Shown here piece after piece: positions 10,896-21,000 of a stretch of 64,000 nucleotides of DNA; the first letter of the stretch is position 1, and each line of letters begins with the position of its first letter. The stretch spans positions 24,552,001 through 24,616,000 of the forward strand of contig OZ116704.1 in the NCBI GenBank assembly GCA_964199315.1, given 5' to 3'. The DNA comes from Orbicella franksi (taxonomy: Eukaryota). Position numbers and translations under genes: made by a program. The notes beneath the pieces were generated by a model. The model was not told the DNA's origin, did no database searches, and saw only the letters and a program-made list of their open reading frames with translations.

Positions 10896-13800
10896 TCAGG
10901 GCCTGTCGGGTACTTTCTGTGGCATGAGGGGCTCTTTGGGTTGTTCCATGCGAAGTGAATTGCATGTCCCGCAGGAAGAGACACAGTCCTTGATGGCTGA
11001 AGTCATTCCAGGCCAATACAGGATTTCCCTTGCTCGCCGAAGGCAGCCCTCAATGCCAATGTGGCTTGCGTGGATTTTCTTTAGCATCTCAGATCTCATA
11101 GCTGCTGGCACTACGACTCTGTTCCCTCTGAAGAGTATTTCATCTTGTACTGTCAGTTCATCTCGGTAAGAGTAATATGCACGGATTTCTGAAGGGACTG
11201 CTTCTCTTCTCTCTGGCCAACCCAGCTCAATAGTCTGCTTCAGCTGCTGCAGGACTGCATCATCCTTTGTTTTCTGTTGAAATTCTGCGAGACGCTCTCT
11301 GGTCACAGCAAGATGTTTGGTCATGTCGACTTCCTCTACAGATCGAATGAATTCTAGTTCATTTTGTGAGATATGGTTTGGTAAGGGTAGGTATGCCCTG
11401 CTCAAGGTGTCTGCGATGTACATCTCTTGGCCTTTTTTGTAGACAACTTTAAGCTGGTAGTTCTGCAAGCGCATCATCATTCGCTGGAGTCTCTTTGGGG
11501 CTGTGAGTAGTGGTTTCTTTAGTATAGCCTCCAGGGGCTTGTGGTCAGTCTCGACGGTGACCTCTCGGCCGAACAGGTACTGATCAAACCGCTCGCACGC
11601 GTGTACAATCGCGAGAAGTTCCTTCTCAATCTGAGCATAATTTCTCTCTGAGGTTGTTAGCGCCCTTGATGCGAAAGCTACTGGCTGGCCCTCCTGCAAC
11701 AGAGCGGCCCCAAGACCTGATTGAGATGCATCGCACTGCAGGGTGACCTCTTTTGACACATCATAGTAGCGTAGCACGGGATGATTAGTGATGAGTTGCT
11801 TTACGTCTGTGAAGGCTCTTTCGTGGACTTCATTCCAGTGCCATTCAACATGTTCGTCTTCTAGTCGCCTCAGTGGTTCCGTGACTGTGGACAAATGCGG
11901 CAAGAACTTTGAGAGGTAATATGCCATTCCCAGGAACCTCTTTACTGACTTTACATCAGTGGGCTTTGGCATCATCAGGATTGCCTCTACTTTCTTTGGG
12001 TCTGGTTTCAGTCCATCGGCTGTAAGCAAATGGCCGATGTAAGGTACTTCAGTAAGTCTCAAGCGGACTTTGTCTTTGTTGAGGGTGAGATTTCTCTCTC
12101 TGGCTCTTTCAAGGACGATCCTTAGGTTCTTGTCATGATCTGAGGTGGCAGTCTCCATGTCGTCACCTTCTCCGTACACCAAAAGGTCATCAGCAATCAC
12201 TGCAGTGCCTTTAATATCTCCAAAGGTATCATTCATCCTTTTCTGGAATTCCTCGGGTGCTGAGGAGATGCCAAAGGGCATGCGCAACCAGCGGTACCGA
12301 CCAAATGGGGTATTAAAGGTCGTAAGTCTGCTGGAAGCGTCATCTAGTGGCACCTGCCAGAACCCACTTTTGGCATCAAGTACAGAGAACACCTTTGCTT
12401 TGCTTAGACTGGTGGCAACTTCTTCAACAGTAGGGAGAGGGTGGTGAGGCCGCTTGATGGCTCTGTTTAGATCTTTAGGATCGATACATATTCTGAGCTT
12501 GTTGGGCTTGACCACTGTAACCATACTTGATACCCAATCTGTTGCTTCGCTCACTGGGGCCAGGATGTTCTCATTTACCATTCTTTCCAATTCCAGTCTT
12601 AATGGCTCTCTTAGGGTAACAGGTACCTTGCGGGGTGGGTGTATCACTGGTTGTGCTGTTGGGTCGATCTCTATGTGGTAAGGGTCTGCGAGGCATCCAA
12701 GGCCTTCAAAAACATCTGCATACTCTGTCAAGAGGTCATCATCAATGACTGTCTTCAACGTTGATGGTGTAAACTGGCTGTCTTGAGTCACTGTATCCAC
12801 ATGATGGAAGGAGTCTTTCACCAGCACTTTTAAGAAATTCAACCTTTGGCATGTTTCTGCACTCAGAAGTGGTCTCACATCTCGGTCAACAACTTGGAAC
12901 TCAAGGACATGGGACGAGCCATCTCTCCTGCACTTGAGCTTGCACTTCCCCACTGGGTACATAACGGCTCCGTTGTACATGGTTAACTTGGCCTTGCTTT
13001 TCTCAATATAGAGGTCATCAGGATCTCCCATAACTTTTGCATAGTCCTTCAGTGGTAGAAGGTTACAGGTTGCTCCACAGTCAAGCTGGAATTTGACATA
13101 TGCATTGTCGTTTACCATCATCGTCACAAACAACTGACTTGCAACTTTATCATTACTCTCGGTGTGCAGTGCTCCGATTTTGTGAGTGACCATGTCGATA
13201 GCGAATTCATCTTCAGTATCATCTTCTATTTCAACCAGGTGGAGTCGTTTGCCTGTTTTCGGTGGTCTTGTTTCCCTTGTTTTGCACTTTATTGCAAAAT
13301 GGTTTGCTAGACCACACTTCTGGCACTTTGAAACATATGCAGGGCAAAGATTCTTGTTTCTTGGATGTCTTCTGCCACAAAATTTGCAATCAATCACAGG
13401 TAATTTACTAGGCTGTTTTTCAGGCGGTTTCTCAGTGTTAATGGCACTAATTGATTCATCGGTTGTTTTGTCTGCTGCCATTTGCTTCAGTTGGATTTGA
13501 GTGAGCTCGGCTGACCTGACTTTCTCGGTTGCACTTTCCAAGGTTAGCTTTGCATCTCTCAGGAGTCGTTCTCTTACTGAGGAGTCTCGTATTCCAAAAA
13601 CGATCCGATCGCGGATAAGCGACTCTTTGAGTGCTCCAAATTCACAAGTGTCCGCTAGGTTCTTCAATACAGTCACGTAGTGGTCGATGGACTCACCACT
13701 GTCTTGATTTCTCGAGAAAAAAACATAGCGTTCATAGATAGTGTTCTTCCTCGGGTTGCAAAACAGCTCGAACTTCTCCAAGACTTTTTCAATTTTGAGC

Positions 13801-14027
13801 TCGTCGCCTTCTTCATCCCACGTGAGCGTGTTGTAAACATCGACAGCCTCTTCGCCGATTACGGTAAGTAGAGTCGCGACACGTGTTGGTTCATCTTTCT
13901 GTGCTACGCCGGTTGCTATTTCATAATTGCTCCATTTCTGTCTGAATTTCTTCCACTTCTGGGCTGTGTTCCCTTGCTGGAGTTGTAGAGGTTCCGGTGG
14001 AGGCAAACCAAATGAAGCGGCGGCCAT
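10896..14027 (-). CDS. Gag-Pol polyprotein (gag zinc knuckles, protease, RT, RNase H, integrase HHCC)
   Basis: CKFCGRRH...CQKCGLANHFAIKC; LDCGATCN; LDAKSGFWQ and IADDLLVY; CDASQSG / EKELLA / TDHKPL; IHASH...CGTC. Confidence 0.96.
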   Translation of the reverse strand: MAAASFGLPPPEPLQLQQGNTAQKWKKFRQKWSNYEIATGVAQKDEPTRVATLLTVIGEEAVDVYNTLTWDEEGDELKIEKVLEKFELFCNPRKNTIYERYVFFSRNQDSGESIDHYVTVLKNLADTCEFGALKESLIRDRIVFGIRDSSVRERLLRDAKLTLESATEKVRSAELTQIQLKQMAADKTTDESISAINTEKPPEKQPSKLPVIDCKFCGRRHPRNKNLCPAYVSKCQKCGLANHFAIKCKTRETRPPKTGKRLHLVEIEDDTEDEFAIDMVTHKIGALHTESNDKVASQLFVTMMVNDNAYVKFQLDCGATCNLLPLKDYAKVMGDPDDLYIEKSKAKLTMYNGAVMYPVGKCKLKCRRDGSSHVLEFQVVDRDVRPLLSAETCQRLNFLKVLVKDSFHHVDTVTQDSQFTPSTLKTVIDDDLLTEYADVFEGLGCLADPYHIEIDPTAQPVIHPPRKVPVTLREPLRLELERMVNENILAPVSEATDWVSSMVTVVKPNKLRICIDPKDLNRAIKRPHHPLPTVEEVATSLSKAKVFSVLDAKSGFWQVPLDDASSRLTTFNTPFGRYRWLRMPFGISSAPEEFQKRMNDTFGDIKGTAVIADDLLVYGEGDDMETATSDHDKNLRIVLERARERNLTLNKDKVRLRLTEVPYIGHLLTADGLKPDPKKVEAILMMPKPTDVKSVKRFLGMAYYLSKFLPHLSTVTEPLRRLEDEHVEWHWNEVHERAFTDVKQLITNHPVLRYYDVSKEVTLQCDASQSGLGAALLQEGQPVAFASRALTTSERNYAQIEKELLAIVHACERFDQYLFGREVTVETDHKPLEAILKKPLLTAPKRLQRMMMRLQNYQLKVVYKKGQEMYIADTLSRAYLPLPNHISQNELEFIRSVEEVDMTKHLAVTRERLAEFQQKTKDDAVLQQLKQTIELGWPERREAVPSEIRAYYSYRDELTVQDEILFRGNRVVVPAAMRSEMLKKIHASHIGIEGCLRRAREILYWPGMTSAIKDCVSSCGTCNSLRMEQPKEPLMPQKVPDRP

Positions 14028-14119
14028 GTTGGTTTTCTAGGTGAGCTTGTTCGGGTTTGTTAGTTCGTGGCGTTCACGAGTTCACGCGAATCTTGGTGTG
14101 TAAATCCAAGGTAACCACT

Positions 14120-14131
14120 CTTCTGACACCA
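14120..14131 (-). other. Primer-binding site TGGTGTCAGAAG, complementary to the 3' end of a tRNA-Leu
   Basis: Immediately inside the 5' LTR and begins TGG; tRNA assignment is from recall of tRNA-Leu 3' ends (...CTTCTGACACCA). Confidence 0.8.
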
Positions 14132-14279
14132 TGTAATGGACTTTAAGGTTTAAATAACAAGGACGACAGCTTTGTAAAGGCTCTGTAATTCCTGGCTCAA
14201 CAGGTCAACACAATTTAACTCGTGGTCGATGCTGACTAAAGCGCTGGGCGACCAGGCCGTATTACATAATATCGTTACA
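14132..14279 (-). repeat. 5' LTR (148 bp)
   Basis: Identical by eye to 9595-9742. Confidence 0.97.
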
Positions 14280-14947
14280 CCTTCCCGTGACACCGTCTTC
14301 ATTACTTGGGTGATCGAACTGACTGGCAAGTATTCTTCTTGGTTTGACTGGAGTTCTTGTTCTGGGTATATTACGATCAGCATCATCATCTGAGAAAAAT
14401 GAACCTTCTGCGAAAACCTAATACAATCTTGATTCAATGTCTGCTTTGAGAGAACTGTATTTTAATCTTTATGTACACCAAAATTCACTTCTTGCCATTT
14501 CATAACTTACCATGAATACTAAGTTAGTGGATGGACTCGTTGAGCTCTTTCAAGTTCACATCTTCACAAGTGGAATCGTCACCTCCACTGGACGCCATCT
14601 TGGATGAAATCCCAAATCACGATAAAACGCTAGCCGTTGCCAAACAGATAAAAGAAAAACATCCGAATAACAAGTCAAACACAGCAAATCAATTTATGGC
14701 GGAAATCGTTGCTGAAACGGTCTCGCACAACTTTTCGACTCGTGGAACAACTTTGCGACACAGGATTTCCCAGTCGTCTTCCTTCTTCGTTTTCTCCCTG
14801 CCCATCTCACCTTGCGCTCCCTTTATCGGTACCCATCTCTCCCTGCGCTGCATCTCTCCTGTATGAAGACGACTGGGAACGAGTCAGGAATTATTGTTTT
14901 AACAACTTCCAGCACAGTTTGTAAAGAAATTATCGGACGAATGAATC

Positions 14948-15014
14948 ATGGCGGAAGTTACTGTAACTAATGTCTGGTTCCTGGCAGTTGCTCTTATTTT
15001 CATTCCTCTTACAG
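14948..15014 (+). CDS. Copy B exon 1: signal peptide [22 protein letters not shown]
   Basis: ATG in AATCATGG context, hydrophobic stretch, CAG/GTAAGA donor; conserved in copy C. Confidence 0.85.
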
Positions 15015-18000
15015 GTAAGAGAGGTGTTACTACCTCTGTTGAGTTTGGATTATAATCTTTAGACTCCACCAGTCTATAGATTTCCTGGAAACAGATTCCT
15101 TTAAAGTTTAAACTTAAGGAATAGTAAATATGCTGGCGGTAGTTGAAATATAACTTGTCTTAGTTAACTCGCAATCAAGTACATATTGCAAGTTTATGTT
15201 TTCGTAGCTCCAGCTTAGCATTCAACAATCTTAGACTTTAAATTAAGATGAAGACGGCACAATTTTATCGTTAAAGCTGATACTACTGTTATTTTAGAAT
15301 TCATCATCAAGGCATCAGCGCAAAAGCGTGTCTTGCAGTATCGTGCATATATTACTTTTGTCGATGTTTTCCGCTTTCGGTTGGCAGATCAATTCAAGTA
15401 GCACCAGATTATGTTGATAAGAGAGACCCTGTGTTAATTTGTTTCTCGTTTGACTGTAAAGGTATTTTCGTTTCCGCTCCAAGAAGGCGTTCGTGCTGAA
15501 GCGTTACGCAAGAACAGTTAGTTGGCTAATAAAGTTTGAGTTCTTCGGAAATGTAACATTTCTTGCCACGATACATGTATGTCACGCTGTGCTTAATAAT
15601 AATAAAAAAAGAATAATATTAACTTTTTATTTCTCTGAACATTCTGTTTCGGAAATTTGTTCTCTCAGTTGTTCTTACAGAACTTAAAACCCTTTCTAGG
15701 AGTAGCGAGTAAATTAAAGTAATAAGTCTGATGGAGAGCATGGCAAGGATTCTACGAAGTTCTCAGAACACAAAACATGGCTGTTGGTTTTCATAATTTT
15801 GTAATTATTCGTGCGTTCTCATTTTCGTTTGCACGTTGATTTAATTTTTTTGTTCATCAATTCATTCCTAAGCTTAATTATACTTTGATTAATTGTACTC
15901 ACAAGTACTACATTGTTCAGTATTGATTTCTGTATATCAGCAACTCTCTTGTAGTGTCCAAATTAAAGTTCATTGTTTAAGGTAACAATTTCAAAAAAAA
16001 AAAAAATGACAATAAAATATTAAAACGAGCGCAAGGTATTGGGAAAAAGAGATTTTTAAGAAAAGTTAATAAACTTTCCAGGAGTCACTGATACCCAAAA
16101 GCCATGGACTCCTCAGCTACCTTTCGCGGCAAACGGCTTAATCCAGAGATGCTGTATCATATACTTTGAATTTTAGATTTCATGTCCGTCAAGAGTGCGT
16201 CCTTGTAATCACGCTTCGGCAATTGCTCCTCAGTTTCTTTTTGTTTTGTTGCTCATCGCTTTCCTTCTGTTTTACCCTAGCCTGCAGAACAGGCGTAATT
16301 GTTTGCGTATTTTAGGCGAACAGAGGCGAAAGCGAGGCAAGCGCGAAGCGCGAGTCGTGGGCGAGAAGAAGAGCGCGAAAAAAAAAACGCGTTTTTTTTT
16401 TTCGTGCATATTCCCTCCCTGAAAGTAAGACATTGTTTTAAATAACCTGTTCTTGCACTACAGAGAGTGTTTGAAGAAATCAAAATCGTGAAAGGCTAAG
16501 TCAAGGCTCCATATTGCAAATCGTATACCTAAGTCACTCTCGATAGACGACTCTAACCATTCGGAAGACTCGCGTCTCATAATCACGTAGAAAAGAGTAG
16601 TAAAATCACAATTATCGGTTAGTAATTCAAGTTTTTCACTGATCACGCAAAACCTTCAGGTCACGGATCGCGAAGAATAATTTCGTAAATTCAAGTTTCA
16701 CGGTAAATAAAATCAGCTAATGACGCATCACGAGAATACCCCTGAAAAGGCGTGACCATAGGCGGCCCAGACGTTGAATACGATTAATACGTGACATTAT
16801 GCTGTTGGCGATTGCGTTACAATTTAAGCCGTTTATAAGAAAATGTATGAGAATGCTTCGAAAATTGCTCTAAATGCTACGTGTAATTTAAATAAACGTG
16901 GCCTACCTTAAGTTTGTATTGCGTTTTTTTTGTCTGTGTGTGTGTGTCTATGTTCCTGGAGGCAGTTTAGAGCCATTTCAGATATGATTGGTCAAATACT
17001 GTCACGTGAACCGCGTCCAACACCGCCTGAGCTCACCCTAAACCCTAAATAAAATGTCGCGTTGTTGTCTTTTGAAAATTATTCGATAGTTGAGAAAACT
17101 AGGCGCATAAAAGTTGGCCGCAGAAGTTGTAAAGGATGCTCATACTAATGTCCTGACCGTTTTCCCGGAGAATAATCGAGCGTGTCATTTGTGAGCCTAG
17201 CTTTTAAAACGTAGTTTAGAAAATCCAGGAGACAAAATAAATTTCTGAGTAATATTTATTTTTTTTAGCGACTTCAGTAACATGGACAGCACCTCCTACT
17301 CTGCGGACTCAGACGGATCCAGCTGACATCAGAACAGTTGATGAGCCAGTGTTAAATGGAAGTACTCAGGTTCCTCTGAGATGGAGTTACACTCTGTCAG
17401 CGGGCTCAAATCTGCTGTTTATCACATTTTCTATAACACTGAATGACGGCTGGTTCGATGATATTGGAACGATATCTGGTGGTGTGTTTAACAAAAATGA
17501 TTACCGAACACATTTTGATATCAATAGAAGTGAACAGGCCACCTTGATAATAAACAAAGTCACTATAAGAGAAGAAGCAGTTTACCAATGCAAGCTTACA
17601 ACAGATTCAAACACATGGAGTTACAGAATACGAGTCATTGTAACAGGTGAGCATTGTAATGTTTATTGCACTAATCTATGAAGAAGAATTTACTTTTCAG
17701 TGCAAGCTCCAAACAGTTTTGAACAATGTCATGTGAATATATGAGTCAGCTAAGAATACACCACGTTTTGTATTAAGTATATTAGTCAGTAGTATCACTT
17801 GTAACCTTCGTGGCTTCCTTTGGTGTTGATATATGGAATCCCAGGAATGTGGGTTCCCACTCCGCTGATGAGAAATCTCGTGATCAGTGGGTAAAAAAGA
17901 GAAAAATGTATGCAAGGGTGAGAATGTGTATGGATGCAGCGGAATTTAAATCCACCGTCGTTTTACCTTATGTCGAAGGAGTTTCGGAGTCTCTCCGCTG

Positions 18001-21000
18001 CTGCCTAGAACAACAAAGCATTCGCACCGTCTTTAAGTCCGACACGACACTTCGGTGACACTTAGTGCGACCAAAGGACGCCGTCAACCCGGCTAAACAG
18101 GATGGCGTTCTCTACAGGATTCCCTATGAGTGCGGCAAAGTCTACATTGGGGAAACAGGGAGATCCATGCAGGAGAGGATCAAAGAACACGACAGGGATA
18201 TACAACTCGCCGGTACCCAGACCTCCGCCGTTTCTGAACACGCCCACGACACCGGCCACTATCCCATCTGGAATGAGGTCAAGTTTATTGATTGAGATCC
18301 TCACTGGTACACACGTAAGATCAAAGAAGCTATTCACATAAGACTTCACCCTAACAACATCAACAGGGATAGTGGAATAGAAATCCTGAAGCATGGATGC
18401 CCACGATCAAAATACACAACAACAGGAGAACGGTACAACAGCGGACCGCTGAGGGAACAGCTACTCACTAGAACAATGGAACAATAGGTGGATCGAAATG
18501 TACCAATCACAGCCGACCTTTGTGATATAAATGATACCGTGCAATCAGTCGACCTTAACGCCTGAAGAAGACTAGCAGTAAGCAGTCGAAACGTCGCGAT
18601 CTACATCTCAAGTGACTACGTCGTGAGACAAACGATAAAACACTTCATTATTCGTCCGATAGTTTCTGTTCAAAATTGCAGCACGATAATACACTTTACT
18701 AATCTTCCAATAGTTTCAGCTTTGCGGCCTACTTTAGTTAATTAGTTCCGTGTAAACAGCTTCTCTGATAACTGCGGTTTAGTTACGAAACCATGGTAAG
18801 CAGTAACCGTAGTAAACCTCTCTCGTGAAAACACAGCATAAGGCAGCCTATTATCACACTAGTTTCACTCAATCCGAAGGAAACGCTCCAAGGACTTGGA
18901 AAACTATTACTAATCTCATGTTTCGTCATCAAAATAACCAGATAGTAAAGGAAGTGAAAGTAAATGACATCTCTATCCGTAACTCTAACGAGATTTCTAA
19001 CGCCTTTAACGAACATTTTTCAACGATAGGGCCCAGACTAGCCCGCGAAATACCTTTTACTTCGGACGAAGAGTCTACCTATTTAAACAATACTCCTGAA
19101 AATTACAACAAATTCTGTTTACGAGCAACTACTACCAGTGTTATCCTTACCATTCTAAATAGATTATCTAAAACTAAAGCTACTAACAGGGCTAGACAAC
19201 ATCTCTGCTAAGTTGATTCGTGAGTGTGCTGATATTATTTCAGGCCCGTTATGCGATGGCATATTTCCTGACGAGTGGAAACCAGTCCAGCACTTAGATT
19301 TTGATGGGTCGGTATAACCATTCTTTATCACTTGATGCTACAATCATGGTATTAAAAAACTGCCCAATCACTGGTTAACAAGCTCTTATCATTTTCGTTA
19401 CACGATAGATTACCATAGCAACAGTGTGACTTCCTTAAAACGCCCTTAGTTACAGCTTTAGGGGCTTATAATTCAAAAACGGCACGGTGAATTTTTTTTT
19501 ATTTTCGCTTCATCGCTTCATCGCTTCATTCTACAGAAACCGGGATAAACTCCGGCATGATAGGCCACTTGGCTCGTACGCAGAATTTGCCCAACCTAAC
19601 TACCTACCTACCTACCTACCTACCTACCTACCTACCTACCTACCTTCCTATCTACCTACATACCTACCATATGAAGAATTCCTTGAATTTATGCTTATAT
19701 TCCTGAAAAATTTTGATAGTCCTTAACTGCTAAAAAGAAGTTTTTTTATGGAGTAGCCATTAGAACGCATAACATCAATAAGCACGCAGAAATTAGGCCA
19801 GTAACTATTCCATCTCAGTCTCGCTAACGTCCTCCTTAACCTTTCTCTTTAACTCTTTGGATTTATTAATTGAAAGACGTGAGCAACCCTTTCCCTTGCT
19901 GCGAATTCAATCAGCTGAGCTCTCACTAGAAATAAACTCAAAGAGAGGGGTTCATGGGCAGTCAAATACCAATTGCTTTAATTTACCCAAGGGGTAGACG
20001 GTAAATTCACACGATTATGGTGATGTTTTCGTGACAGAAAAAGTTGTAAGTTTCGTTAGATTTTCAAACATTTCAGTAATACACGAACGATTTCGTTTAA
20101 TAATTTGACCGTTTCTTCGTTAAAGTTTAATGTTCCGTTCCATAAACCGTTGCTAGAAAGAAAGAAGTCAGTGATATGTACCACTTAAAAAAGAGACTTG
20201 ATCCAGTGTGAGAACAATCCTGTTAGTAATATATCAAACACGAAATATCGTGTTTGACCAAATTTCCAATCACTGAGGAGAGAGTTAAAAATACGACGCG
20301 TAGCGGGGTATTTTTGGCGAACTTTGAGGTGTTTGGTAATGTGATCAAACACTCTCTTGAGTATTTGATTTATCTTCTCAGTCGATACTAACACCAAGGA
20401 GAAATCGGAGAAATAAAATCGTAGAAAAAAAAATCAGACATCCAAACACCATCACGGCCATGATTTCCCATGTTTAAACTTGATGAATTGTTAGTGATCA
20501 CGAGTTCGAAAAGTTCTGTTCAAGTCTTTGTTCAGTTACGCTTCCGCCCACGTGTAAACTTTTAATATTTAGGTAGCAAGTATCACCACAACAAAATTGC
20601 TGCTCGAAACCTAAGTTCCTGGCCAGAGACCTGTCGTGATTGATCCACTAGTACTAAGAGATCTTATTTAGGCGTAAACACTTTCGTGGTGAATGCTGGA
20701 TCTAAGGGCAAGACCAGAAGGCACGTCCTCCGTCCTGGTTAGGTGAAGAATTCCCCCCACCCACCACTTTTCTTAGCACTTCTGCATCCGTTGCTGCTTC
20801 GCCTGCATTCGCATTTGTTCTGACTTCAGACTTATGTTCTATTTCTATGTTTAGGAAGGGCGGGCACCCCTTATTTCCAGTCCACTTTGTGATCAGATTT
20901 CTCGTGAAAACTCAAAACTAGAGTTGTTCTGTAAAACACCTGGCAAAGCCACACCACCTGTTTGAGTGTCAGGGATGCGTTACTGTCATTGTATCTCTTT

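Larger units (their letters stand above)
9595..14279 (-). mobile_element. Full-length Ty3/Gypsy LTR retrotransposon, Mag/K02A2.6-like lineage
   Basis: Two 148-bp LTRs, CCTTC TSD at 9590-9594 and 14280-14284, PBS, PPT, gag-PR-RT-RNaseH-IN domain order. Confidence 0.97.
7576..14887. mobile_element. Large TIR DNA transposon (about 2.6 kb plus nested 4.7-kb LTR element), degenerate 10-bp TSD; AcademH- or MULE-like by TSD length
   Basis: Left TIR CTGACTCTTCCCCAGTCGTCTTCATA vs right TATGAAGACGACTGGGAACGAGTCAG; flanks GGGTTATTGT (7566-7575) and GAATTATTGT (14888-14897); empty site GGTTTATTGT at 40059-40068 in copy C. Confidence 0.8.

Noticed and set aside
10896-10898. Programmed stop-codon readthrough in the Gypsy pol
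   Set aside because: Programmed readthrough normally lies at the gag-pol boundary; this TGA replaces a conserved Trp inside integrase, so mutation or sequencing error is more parsimonious.
17860-17885. CTGATGAG upstream of the Penelope fragment as another hammerhead
   Set aside because: No GAAA box or stem geometry follows it.
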